This document shows, piece by piece, positions 37,332 through 50,300 of a stretch of 64,000 nucleotides of DNA. This DNA is from Callorhinchus milii. Lineage: Eukaryota. Each line of letters starts with the position of its first letter. Within the stretch, counting starts at the first letter, position 1. The translations under genes were made by a program, and so were the position numbers. The stretch lies in NCBI RefSeq assembly GCF_018977255.1, contig NW_024704748.1, positions 10,974,001 through 11,038,000 on the forward strand, in the 5' to 3' direction. The notes below the pieces were generated by a model. That model worked only from the letters and a program-made list of their open reading frames with translations, searched no databases and was not told the origin of the DNA.

Positions 37332-40300
37332 TTCGATGGAAGGAGAGGAAGAGGAGCAGGTTAATGGCAAGGTTATTTAGTCTGGCAGTTGGAAGGAATC
37401 AACAAGGGAACTAACATAGGCCTTAGTAACGTTAGCAGGCTTGACAAGGAAGAAGAGCCAGATTATTCAAATGAAGCACAATAACAAGAAGTCATTTTTA
37501 CAAGTTGAAATAAAAAACTTCAGCATATCACTTTGAAATTGATGATAAACATTTTTAAGTATTTTCAAGTTTGCAATCGAGTTTGCCAGCAAGGCAACTT
37601 TTCCACTGGGCCACAAGAAGTTTGCATGAATTTCAATCGTAGATCCGTTCAAGAACACACGCACATCCTGTTTTATAACAATTTAGCAAAAAAAACAGGC
37701 AATTATAGGAAATTGAGTCACGATGCATATTTTTGAGTATTTTTGTCATACGTTTTGGAGGGATGTGCACAGGATGCTCACAGAAATTTGGTTACAATTA
37801 ACATGTTCATTGTAATTACTGCTATCGAAATGAACATGTCAGATTTTACTAGTTCATAAAATACAGGTCTAATTCTTTCAAGCACATGAAGTCGAAATGG
37901 TAATGGTAATTGTGCTAATTGATTCACTTGTTCAATAAACATAAAGCCTTATTATTTCATATTAACCCCAGTACTTCTTTTTAAAAAATAATGAAAAGGT
38001 ATCAACTTTTGTTGAAAAAGCCATTATGTCACACTGCAGACATAATATTTCAAGCTCTCAACTGAGTCAAGCACTGACCTAAGGCCATTTATATCAAAAT
38101 TATTGGCCAAGCAAGGGTCACCGCTATGATCGAGGAAAAAAGGCGCGGGGGAGGGGGGTGATGAATGAGAGGGATCTGTAGTAGAATCCCTTTTCTCTGC
38201 AATTTTGTAGGGTTTTGAGTTGTAAAATGTTTAAACTTTCAGCAAAAGGTTGCTTACAGTACCCGTTAGCTGAGAGAAAAAAAACATCACATCATGCAGC
38301 GTCAGGCTTGTTCAATGCAAATGCCAAGGCCAGTCATTAGCACTGGTATCTTAATTAGGAAAGGAGCATCAAAAGCCTGATAAATGCTCGTGATGCTGGG
38401 TGGCTCAACCTCTTGTCTTCCTTAGAACTATGCCAATCGTTTCAATGTGACACTAATTGAATCCGGCACTTTTTAAAAGGAACAAAATCTTGAGGGAGAC
38501 AAACTATTTTGATTTTGTTTCGTGAAATGAAACCAAATACTTGGGCCAATTAATCTCACCGCTCATTGGGGAATCGTCCACAAGATGCACATAATAAATA
38601 TGTGTGGGTATGAATGACCTCAGAATTTTTTTTATATAAAAAGGAAGACCGGAGGTGCTGTTTCTTAATCCATGCACAACTACTGAAATCACAGCATGCT
38701 GAGAAAACAGGCTTCAACCTTGGCAATAAAAAAATGAAAAAAAAAGATTCAAAAATGGTTATTCGATTGAAGCATTCATAAATGTTAACATTTGCGCTCA
38801 TATCTCAAAAAAATTCCATGCTGTAATATACACTGCATTCGTTGTGTTTTGAGGGAGGGGTGGCGGGTGGTGATCAGGGGAGAGAGAGAAACCACAAACA
38901 GTAGTAGCAACTTTCACACAATGACACGACATGTTGAGAGATGTTAGTCTTGATGGTTATGCATGTGGTGCTACACTGGAAGAATACTTCCACTAACACA
39001 ACACACAAACTGCCATATGGATTCATTGCAAAAACATGGTTATACTGCCATTCGAAATGTTTTTGTGTCATTCGGGGAAACCTGAAGTGTACGGTTGGAG
39101 ACCAGAGGAGGACGAGGAGGAGAAATGGGTTGGTCTCTGAGGACATCTAGTGGATCTGCATTGGAGAGCATGAGCTCTGAAAAATGTGAAAGCTGTGAGG
39201 GTCCAGTCATGGGTAGTGAGTAAAAAAGGGCCCAACTACCAACACAAATTGAAATGAGGGCAAATTCATTTCAATTCAGTAAGTATTAGTGATTACAGAC
39301 ACAAAAATAAATAAATGGAGGAAACGGCCTTGGGGTAGAAGCAGGACACAAGAATCAGTTTGATTGATACCCGTCCCTTTGTAAACTTTCTTAAATTGAT
39401 GGGGCTTCCCACAGATTATTTTAAATTCATTGAAAATACAGCAGAAAATACAGCAGCATCATAAAATTCATGACCAACTAGACTTTCCTGAATGATTCAC
39501 CGCTCAGTCTATCCATGGTAAGCATTTAACGGCCATTCACTTTCTCTAGAATTGGAGAAATTGGCAGGTTGGATTTTCATTAACTGAAGCTAAAAATTGC
39601 TTTGTTTAGTTAACTTGTAAATGTCCACATTGAATCAGCCCATTTGATCCTGATTACTGGAACAGAATCTAATGAGGCAGTATCTCCCTTGGTCTGCTCA
39701 AATGGGATTTAAACGATATTCGAAAGGATTGAAAAATATCTTTGGATATCTTTACCTTCTTTGGAACCCTGCGGGCGGCCTTTCTTCAAAGTAGAGGAAA
39801 TACTACTTTTCGTGCATCACTGTCTGAATGATGCAAAAATTCTGTCCCTCCTCTGCACTGCAGAACTAGTTTTGGGGTGCTCATCAAGTAGTAGGCTTTT
39901 CAGTGCTGCACCAATAGCCAACCTGGCCCTTAATGCAAAAGGCCATCCTGTGCCTATGCAAACATTTTGTAAAAATCAACTAAAGCCTCTAGAGGAGAGG
40001 CACACTCTTGGCCTACCTAATTGGAGGGGAGGATTGACGTAATTCCACCATCCATTCCTCTTATGATGATCAAACAGTTGATGGGGCTTCTCACAGCTTT
40101 TCAACACAACCTCAGCAATTCTAAGCCTAAGCCTCATGCCCACCCAAAAAAAGGTTGAAACTTAGTAAGAACATTTGTGTTGATTTTTATCCGATTAATG
40201 CTAATAAACAAACAAAAAGGCCTGCAAAAGGGCTACTGAAAGCTAGGTGAGTGAGCCCTTCTCCCCTCTATGCTCTGTTGTTTAATTTCCATCCGTTCCC

Positions 40301-40509
40301 TGGTTTCAAATCGAATCGCTTATTACACGGGAAGCTTGCCACTTTGGCTGCTGTATTCTCTACAGATTCAGGGTGATCTGTGGGCAGTGTTCAAGATGAT
40401 GTGTGCGTATGATATAACTGCTACACATGCAACACACACAAAAAAATCTCTGCTCAAGGAAGACAGGTTGGACCGCACTGTGGGCAACAGGGAACCCATT
40501 TTTACTCAC

Positions 40510-40518
40510 AATAGATCA
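40510..40518 (-). CDS. KCNMA1: KCNMA1 site-2 IYF microexon, 9 nt, (L)IY(F/S)
   Basis: ctgcacactgatag|TGATCTATT|gtgagt; phase 1-1; lies just upstream of STREX as in tetrapods; UGC motif before the AG. Confidence 0.92.
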
Positions 40519-42139
40519 CTATCAGTGTGCAGTTAAATTACAGTTTCATGTTCCATAGGCAGCAAGGAGAAAAATAAATCAAAATTATGTCAATCATCAA
40601 AAGATACTTGCAATCATTTCATACATGGACTTTTGAGTGCCTGAATATCAGGACAATAGTTCTACACATCTTTGTTCTTTATCTCCTATCATGGAAGCCG
40701 CAACAGTGGCACATGTCAAAAAGCCGTGAATGTTTAGGAACCAAGTTCACATACGAGAAGGAAATGTATGTATACACGTAAGACGCACACATTTTAAAAA
40801 CATAATTTTTTTCTGTTGAGTCATTCTTTTATGACAGGGAACTATTTTATATTTAAAATTCAAAATAGCTATTTCCCCCCTAATATGAACCTTTACTTGC
40901 AAATTCTGTACCGTCCTTGAATAATTTAGATTTAATATGAAAAAATAATGATACTTTTAAGATGAATTTTTGTCGAGCTTTCAAGCAGTCTTTTTTTTAA
41001 AGATAAAGCCTACTCACTTTAATTATTCTTGACCTCTGCTGATGCACCAAGATTTTTGTTTAAATTATTAATAATGGGCCTAACAGGTTTGGACAAGTGG
41101 TTAAGTAGGTCAGGTATATGTTAACAATGTGACATGACTAATGCCAATGTAATGATAAATCTATTGGAACTGGGTTCCAAGTGTGACAGCAGATCCTATG
41201 ATGTGTGTATTTTTTTTAAAAAATCATCCACATCTTCCTGGTACTTATGTATTGCATATTGTATGATCCACCATGATGGGGCTGCAAAATACAATACATT
41301 TGGCAAGGGTTTGTCTTTGTTTTTCCAGCTGACTTGGAGCATTACCTCTAGTGTTTTCAAACAGAGGAAGTTTAGTTCTGACAAGCTACTTCTTCAGCCT
41401 CACTAATCATGTCATTTTATTTATACATCTGTTCCACATCACATCATTAATAGACTCAAATTTGATCTCCTCGTTTCTGAAATGTTGTTCTTCTCCGCAA
41501 ACGTTTTACATTTGTGGGGGGGGGGGGGGGTGAGTCACCTAATCACTTTGGTGCTCAATATCCATTAACGTTCTCAGATTCACCATAACATTATTGATAA
41601 TAATTTATTATTTTATTTCAAAATATTATAGTTTGATAATTATTTTAAGGAGAGGATAAAAACTATGATGCTTTTACAACATAAGAAGGCATGCCTTTCA
41701 ATAATTAGTGAGAGTTGACTTTTCAAACGCACTGACCTCTTTTCACATCTAGAACGAAAGGTTTATAGTCTATAACATTTTTTTATATGGCTGCTGAAAC
41801 AAACTCATGCCAAATGAGGGTTATAATTAATGGTGGAGATGCAATAAAATGTGCACCTGTACACTTCAAAACTGTTTAAAACGAAAGCCTGCTGCTTTTG
41901 AATACTAATCATTTATAGTGTACTATGTATATCTAATGTCTAATGAGCGCCTAAATGGAGTTTAACTGCTCTACTTTATCTCTCATCTTCAGTGACAAAC
42001 TGGCAAAAAAAAACATTGCACAATAGGCAAGTTGCCCCAGCATTATCCGGGCACCGTAGCCGTAAAATCTTGCATTGCATGTTTTAATGCATTCAGGCAC
42101 AGTAGCAAAGTAACTCCCGGTAAGAAATTAAGAACATTA

Positions 42140-42331
<192 letters not shown>

Positions 42332-42509
42332 TTACAGTGCAAGTTAAATAACCTTCTGCTGCCACTTTATCCGCATCTCTCAGCATTTTCAAGATCTGGA
42401 TAATATCCCCTTCTGAATATTTTCTGCAGCTAAACCAACCAGGTTTTCAGTCGAACCTTAAAATACAAGAGCAACTCTGTTGCGTTTGAATTTTTCAAAA
42501 CTGGTTTCA

Positions 42510-42702
42510 AAGGCCGGTCTCAAGACCTTTCTCTTCGACCATGCCTTCAGCTCCCCTCTCGACTCTCTACCCCCTCCTCGCTCCCTCCCCTCACTCTGAC
42601 CATTTCCCCCCCCTGCTCGCGTCCTGACCCAACTGTCCAGCGCCTTGGGACGTCCTCCCGACGTGAAAGGTGCTCTATAAATGAAATCTTGTTGTTGTTG
42701 TT
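42510..42702 (+). mobile_element. Young L2 3' end
   Basis: Reverse complement of the 13618 and 14587 tails; ends in (ttg)n. Confidence 0.85.
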
Positions 42703-43218
42703 CCTGAATTGCGTTCATCAAGGTACTGGTTGTTAGGTGGCAAGTTTTATATTTCAGACTCCCTGTTGCTTTATCGTCGTCTCCAACACCAATCTTTGAC
42801 CAAAACTCTAACATGGCCTAATGCACTAGTGTACTATTTCCATTCCCCACCCCAACTGTCCTTGTGGCGTCTCTTAGTGACAATTAGTAGTACTGGTGAC
42901 TTCGGTGCTCGAAATTGGTATTGGATCTCAGCCTTCTAGTTGAGAGTCCAAAACTCGGTCCCACACCTCATAATCTTTCATTGAGCAGCTATTTTTCACA
43001 CACTTGTTTAAAGATTCACTGCCAGATCTTTCCAGAAAATAGGTTAAAGATTTTTATTGTTCAATCACTGCATTAATAGCAATGACTGAGATTCATTCTC
43101 GTACAGGTTTGGATAACAGGGCATGAAAGCTTTCCCCCAAAAGGGCAGTATTTCATTCACTGCATTTAACATATGAAACAATTAAGTGAAAGTAGACAGG
43201 AATTGTCTCGTTATCAAG

Positions 43219-43460
43219 AATAATAATAATAATCCTTGCATTTGATATAGTGCTTTTCACGTCTTCTAGAATAGACTGTAAAGTGAATTAAATGTATAGT
43301 TGTGAGCAACATGCGGCAGCCAATTGCACATAGCAGTGTCCCACAAACAGTCGTGGATTGAAGTGACCAATTTATTATTGTTTTTTTTCTTGATGGATTA
43401 TTATCAGGAGTGTGGAGTAAGGAAATTTGCCCAAGGTTTCACCCTACCAGGAATCAAATC
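43219..43460 (-). mobile_element. tRNA-SINE, 5'-truncated, next to the 43476 exon donor
   Basis: Same sequence as the 21904-22160 part of the full copy. Confidence 0.88.
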
Positions 43461-43474
43461 AAAGGGACCACCTA

Positions 43475-43597
<123 letters not shown>

Positions 43598-45838
43598 TTA
43601 GCTGCTGTTTGAGAGAAACTTCATCTCAATAGTGTAATAATCAAAGGGGAATGGTACAAGGATCTTTACTGAAAAGAAGTCACTCTCAAATGGATTGCAC
43701 TAACTCCTGATAAAATTCAACGGCTGAATACATTTCACAGATGACTGTGAATGATTCAATTGACGCCTGAAATGAAATGGATTATTGGATTCTTAATATT
43801 TAGATGCATGGTTAGCAAAATACCATCTGCTTGACAGCATCTCCCAAAATAAGTTCTCACTTTTCTCCAATTCTATAGCCTTCTGATAACAAAGCAGAAG
43901 TAAAAACCTTCTTCTGGATATTGGTAACTCCAAACTAAATACTGCTTCTAATTCAGGTATAGTTTTGATGCTTATTCCTGCAGATTTTCCATTATCTCTC
44001 TCCAAAACACACTTTCTATCTCCTTGCGACCTAAATTACCTCCTTCGTGTATTGAGGACACTCCCTCCCCATATCATGATATATTTTCCAACTGAGAAGG
44101 TTGGTGATCTCTTGACCTCAGGCATATTGTTTCTGAGCCAACCACAAGGAAATGTTTGCACATATTTCCTGGGTGTCCGTTCTCAAAATTGCCCTTCACA
44201 ACTATGTACGTGTGTTCTCTTATCCTGCCTGCTCTCATCACAGAAAAACACCCTCTTTTTCTGGGTTTATTTTCTTCAACTTATTCAACATTTTATATAC
44301 TTCTATCAGATCCTTTCTGAGATGTTTCTTTTTAAGACTGCAATAAACATCATGCTAAAAATCAGTTACTGTAGCCTGTACAATTCCCCAGTGATTGAAA
44401 CGTTATTTGCAACATAATTCATTAAATACTGTTTGAGCTATGTGCATAATGACACATAGCTTAAAGTACAAGGCAATACAAATCTAGATTATAACTAGTA
44501 CACAGCACAGCTATATGTTAGGTTCGGTAACCTGGCCCAAAGGAAAGAGATGGCTGATACACTGACGAGATTCACAACGCCCGAGTATGTTATCAGACTG
44601 CAGACTGATATCCTGCAATAACCCCAATTGTTCAGAATAAACATCCAGCTCATTCTTCTGGGCACTCTCAGTACTCTTAGTTGGACAAGATATTCAGCTT
44701 TCTGCTCACAAAGGAAAGAGGATAGAAAGCAAATGCACACTTAGGACATGGCATGTTCAAAAGAAAGAGTAAAATTGCTTCCAGGATTTAACTTCTTGCT
44801 CTTGATGGCTTTTAAGGCCATTATTTTTATTAGCCGAGAATAGAAGCCTTCCATTGGTTACCTGGTCTATTGCAAGATCGCTTCCAAATATAATGGTGAT
44901 TGATTTTATATCTGGACAAAATATTATTGCCCCGACTGAAGAAACTGAAGAATATACATTCCACTGCATTCCTGCAATGATCAAATAGCAATTTACTATT
45001 GTGTTGTTTTCACAAATTGATGATTTATTTGAAATTAAGTTAATGCATAGCCACAAATTACCAATCCTGAGGCATATATTTATTCAGGCAAGTTTTAGAA
45101 TTTCATTTGGAAATACAGTAATTTGGAGTTATGATCATTTGTCCTAATTAATGAATTAATTGAGGAAAAGCAAAATTAAGTGTGCTGCTCTCGTTTATCT
45201 AGCTTATTCAACGTGTCCTACTCTGTTTAATGTAGGTAAAGTGTACCTGTTACAATTTCTTCAACAAAGGCACAGGGGTCGCTTAATAACTCAAAGTATC
45301 TTGGATAGAGGGATGTGTTGCTCAAAAGGTCAGTTCCTCCTCCTAACTGTCATCCCAGATGAGATCAGATGGTTTTGCATAGATCAGAGATTGAAGCTCC
45401 TTTGTGGTCCATCATTCAAATCAAGTGATTTTATAAAAACTGTCAGTATAATTTATTTTTCCCCAGAATCTGCCAGAGTTAGGAATCTGCCGGGGATTAC
45501 CACACCGCCAATGAGAGATCAGGTCTCTGCAGACATTTAAACCTATTATTATGATAAATAGATTCTTTGTATAGATTGTCTTTTACTGTCCCATATTTAT
45601 ACTTTAGTGGGTTTGTTGTTAAATAATGTAAAATGAAGTGGAAATTCCGGAAGCAAGTTTATCTATTAGTCTTTCAGGCTGTGAATTACAATCACAAGCA
45701 TCCACCGCAAACTACTTCACATCAGGAAAGACTCCAAAAGTAGAAGCATAGCCACCGCCTAAGAGGTAGGGGGCTAATCACTGCAGTAACTTCGCTGCAG
45801 TTGTATCATTGAATATCAAACTGACAGGAAGAACTTAC

Positions 45839-45858
45839 TTTCGTAATGCACCTAGCCA
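45839..45858 (-). other. Candidate poison microexon (20 nt) with in-frame TAG at KCNMA1 site 1
   Basis: ~139-nt AG-free, pyrimidine/UGC-rich tract, then tgtgtgcag|TGGCTAGGTGCATTACGAAA|gtaagt; no transcript evidence. Confidence 0.5.
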
Positions 45859-46830
45859 CTGCACACAAAGCAAGGAGGTGAGGGACAGACACAAGCAAGA
45901 GGTGAAAGGAAGCACAGGAACAAATCAGCAAAATGTGGGTGGGGGGAAGGAGTGTGAGGCGGAGAGAGCAATTCAATGAGGAAAAAAGAAAGAGATAACC
46001 TGGTCAGAAAAAATGAAAATAAATATCAACAGGTGTTGATATAAAGGAACACAAAAAAATCTTTTGCGTGATGTTTTTCACTCAGTGTCAAGCAGCAAAC
46101 GTAGCAAGTGGCGGTCTTTGAAATGGACAGAATAAATCATTGACAAGCATGCTAATGCAATGAAAAACTTCAAAGAAATGTCAAAAAAAGTTCTGCAATA
46201 TAAGCCAATGATTTTTTTTTAACTTGAGGTAAATCGATGTGAAGCGTGAAATGTGATCCCTTTCTCTCAATGTTTCTCAAAAACTATCAGTATATATCAG
46301 AGGGAAAATAAATACTAGCTCGTTAATTAGCATGATTTTCAAATATTAATGATTTTGTGAAATTATGCATAACTTGAGGTATACTTTAAAAGAAGATATT
46401 GGAAAAATACATCAGTTAGACACTCTTGAGTAGCAAGAAGGGAATGCATGTACTGTATTGGGCATTTACATTCAATGATTAATGGAGGCGAGGATTATTA
46501 ATGAAGGGGAGGAGTAAAGCACAAACATTTTATGAAGCAAGAATGATCACCATCTGTGCTAGGACAAGGAATAAAACCACAAGAAAATACTGTGTATTGG
46601 TGGATTTTTCCTGCAAAGGAAACTATTGCTTTGGTACTAAAGAAAGGAAATGCTTTTTTATGTTGATTTTTAAAAAACGGGAACAAACTAATATATTTTG
46701 GTATGATACTCCTGACTCGATGAAAATCAAAGAATTAGTTTTATAGGAATTAGGTTAGGAATCAGAAGGTGTAGGAGAACGAAGATGTGTTGAAGTTTGT
46801 TTGTAGGTGAGTGAATGAAGAGGGGCATAC

Positions 46831-46842
46831 CGCTTTCCACTT
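46831..46842 (-). CDS. KCNMA1: KCNMA1 site-1 alternative microexon, 12 nt, (R)SGK(R); orthologue of mammalian SRKR
   Basis: ttctttgcag|AAGTGGAAAGCG|gtatgc; phase 2-2; position and length match the SRKR exon. Confidence 0.9.
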
Positions 46843-47914
46843 CTGCAAAGAACAAGAGAACATTTCAAATCAAACACTTTGGTAGAAACAAACAGGTGGC
46901 AACAAAAAAAACAAAGCAGAGTGAGAAAATCTTTTTTTTCTTGGATCATATATAAAAAAAACAAGAAAACACTTTTCTCATTCTAAACACCAATCTTAGC
47001 AAAATGACAAAAACACAAGAACAAAGCACTGCAGATGAGAACACACAGGGATTGTTTGAATTTTGTATTATTTTTCATGGTAAGCACACAACACTGTGAT
47101 GGACAAGGATGAAGGGGAGAGTGGGGATTCTAGCCTGTAGCGTTGTTATAGCTGACTCCCACCCCACTGTAACTCAACCCATTATAATGCAAGGTCTTCT
47201 TCTATAGACTCGCCAACCACCACCTTATAACGGGGACTGACTGTAAAATGTGCTTCAGAAACTCAATATTTAGTGGTATTGCTAGCTTTGACCATAAGCA
47301 GCTGAGCAAGCCGCCCCCACCCATCTCCTGCCTCCTGCAAACCTTCATCACTTTCACTGGATGCTCACTTGACACAATCAAGACTGTGCCTTCAGTCATC
47401 TTGTGCTTATTGCTTAAATGCTTTTTCACCAGATCATTTTGCAGAAAGTGGGATTAAACTTCTGCCAATTAATGAAATGCTGCTTTAATAGTGATGATTC
47501 TCAGCCTGCCTGAGCAGACTTACAGATGCAAGGAATGGCTTTTGTTTGCACGTGGTTAAGCTTCCTTTGAGGTCAGTGAAGGTTTTTCAGGTGCGATTAA
47601 GTCTAACCAGCATGATCGTTTCAACCGATTGTGCTACTCCCATTCAACAGATCCGAAGGAGCTCATAGGCTGCTTTCCTCAACTACTGCAAGCCTACTGT
47701 CAGAAACGGGTCAATGGCTCTAGTTCTTGAACACGTTACTGACAATTAGGATCAGTACATGATCAATAGCTTACTTACTAAATGGGAATGAATGGATAAA
47801 GGAATACTTTGGTTGACATAAAGTCTGTTCCCATTAAGAGGCTATATTTAGAAAGGGCTTTTAATCAGCATCATTCACCCACTGCACATTTCAGAGCAGC
47901 AAAATCTATAATGA

Positions 47915-48052
47915 ATAAAACGCAAAATACTGCAGATGCTGGAAACCCAAAACAAAAACAGAAATCACTGGGAATGCTCAGCAGGTCTGGCAGCATCTAT
48001 GGAGAAAGGAAAGTGAGTCTACGTTTTGGGTCCATGACCCTTCATCAGAACT
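47915..48052 (-). mobile_element. Penelope-like element fragment with a degenerate minimal hammerhead core
   Basis: Plus strand aatactgcagatgctggaa...ctcagcaggtctggcagcatct; minus strand CTGATGAAGGGTCATGGACCCAAAACG. Confidence 0.55.
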
Positions 48053-48149
48053 CAATCTATAATGAACCCTGATGTACAAAGTAAAATATTTGCCTCTTTG
48101 TTTCCATTTCAACTTTCCCAAATGTTATTTGGAAGCATTGTGTGTCAGC

Positions 48150-48580
48150 CTGACTCATTCTCGTCTCTGAGTCAGAAGATTGTGGGTTCAAGCCCCACGT
48201 TGGGACTTGGAATCACACATTCTAAGGTGACAGTCCAATGTAGTGCTGGGGATGTATTGCATTGTTGGATGTGCCATCCTTCGGATGAGATGTTAAAACG
48301 AGATCATGCCTGCCTATTCAGGACATTAAAGATCCCACAGCACAATTCAAAAAGAGAAGGGAGTTTCTCCCAGTGTCCTGGCCAACAATCTCACAAATAA
48401 AACTGGTCACTCACTCCATGGCTGTTTGTTGAGAAAATTGCTGTATGCAAACTGGCTGCCACGTTCACCAACAAAGTAGTCAAATCCACTTTGCAATATA
48501 TCCTGTAAGGCCTTTTTCGACGTCTCGAATGATGTGATAAGGCATCATGTTAAATGCAACGATTATTAGTATTATTATTG
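48150..48580 (+). mobile_element. Deu-domain SINE, near full length
   Basis: Head ctctgagtcagaagattgtgggttcaagcccc; core tgccatccttcggatgagatgttaaa...gtgtcctggccaaca; (ATT)n tail. Confidence 0.8.
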
Positions 48581-49772
48581 TTTTCTGTGTGATGCACCAG
48601 GTAGCTGTTGGAAATGTGCTGTTCCAGCAAATGCAACAGAAAACAGGTTCCAAGTCCCACATCCATCGTGCAAATCTGAGCGTTAACAATCATGCACGGA
48701 AGGGACGATGCATGATATTTTTCACCAAGGGGATTACTTGCAATAAAATTAGTATTTTTTTTCACAAAGTAACTCAAAAATGCCCGTACTTTTTTTTAAT
48801 TGAAATGAAATTTCATGACAGTCCAAATCTTGCGATACTTTCTTTAAAATTTAATGAAAACGGCATTCCTGTTGGTAACCATTGAAAGCATGCAACAAAG
48901 TTTGTAAAATAATCTTGACTGCTTTGAACTGTTCCATTTTCTCCATCTGATTTTAAGTTTTTAGTGAGGATTTGATACTGGGGTCTTTGCCACCTTTATA
49001 AAAACACGTTTATTCCATTGGTCAACCGCAGTTGTAGGGCTCAGTGACGCACATGCTTTGAAGTTAAATAAACTACATTTAATCTTCATTATCTATCTTT
49101 CTTCAATGATTTCAACACGACTGCCTTGCTTTCCAATGGGTGGGACATACAAATCATTAGTTGTGATGCATTTCTTTCATATGAAATTGATAAATATCAA
49201 ACTGATTTGTATTATTCTGTACAAAAGCATAGAATTAATCAGATTACTCTGTGGGGGGGGGGGGGGGGGGCGGGGGAGGTGGTGGTGAGAGAGGGGTTGC
49301 ATTGCCTTTATTAGTATTAATGCACCAAATTAATCTGATGCGATATTTAGATGTTTCTTAGTGTCCAATTAATGTAATCTTTTGGGTTTTAAGGGTCTGT
49401 TGACTGATCTCAATACCATCTCTTAAACCTCTTGCTACTCTTCTCTGCGAACACTTGTACACTAGTATAAGAATGGTCTGGGAAGAAGCACCATTTCTCT
49501 GAAAATAAAAATCGCGTGAAACAAATCACACAAGTTAACTGTATCATGTGCATCACAATGTTTCCTTTTCCCTGCTTCATCCCTTCTGCAGTTAACGCTG
49601 TACATAGGAACTAAGATGCCACTGTGAAATAATGTTAAAATTGCTTGTTGTATAGCAACCATAGTACCAGGTATTCTGAGCCAACATTTTCCTAAATTCC
49701 CTGATTGGAAAGATTCAGTGAGCAATTAGCAGAGACGTATTAATGTTTCGCAACAAATGCTGGAACACTCAC

Positions 49773-49841
49773 CTGCTCTCCCTTTTGTCTGACTTGTACT
49801 CTATGGCTATCAGCAGCAGCTTCAGCTTCACGTAACACAAT
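49773..49841 (-). CDS. KCNMA1: KCNMA1 constitutive exon, 69 nt, (E)LCYVKLKLLLIAIEYKSDKRES(S/R)
   Basis: cacacacag|ATTGTGT...GAGAGCAG|gtgagt; phase 2-2. Confidence 0.98.
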
Positions 49842-50094
49842 CTGTGTGTGAGACAAAGCACCAGTTATTGACTGTGGTTCTCTCTCCCTGTACCATGGTT
49901 AAAGCAGTCTCACAACCAGAAGAATGGTAAAGTGCTTTAGCATTTTGTCACAATTTACAGATCTAACCTCAAACTGCACCTCAGTATTGAACACCAGTGC
50001 AATTAAGCAAACTATAGAGATAAAAACAGAAAATGGAACCGAAAATGAATGGGGAGCTAATTCTGAGAATTCCTAGGTATAAAGAGGGTTATGG

Positions 50095-50300
50095 CCAGGG
50101 CCAATAGAAAATTGTGGAAATACTTACCACAAAAATGTGGAAAAATTTGACAGGTTTTGTGGGAAATTGCAGAGAAATTTGACAAATTTTGCAGAAAATT
50201 GCAGAAGGTTCATTGGTGCTACTGAGGTACATTTTTACTGCAAACCTACTTTTTTCACTTCATTGATAAAAACTATACATGAAGAAATAGCACATATTAG
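50095..50300. repeat. Imperfect short direct repeats (AAATTGYRG-like); possible DNA-transposon subterminal remnant
   Basis: gaaaattgtggaaa, aaaatgtggaaaaatttgac, gaaattgcagagaaatttgac, gaaaattgcaga. Confidence 0.4.

Noticed and set aside
38604-38625. LRSFI resembling the upstream KCNMA1 exon end (MRSFIK)
   Set aside because: No similarity beyond four codons and out of exon order
41018-41038. Possible 18/21-nt microexon with a GTGAGT donor
   Set aside because: No polypyrimidine tract and an in-frame TAA; insufficient support
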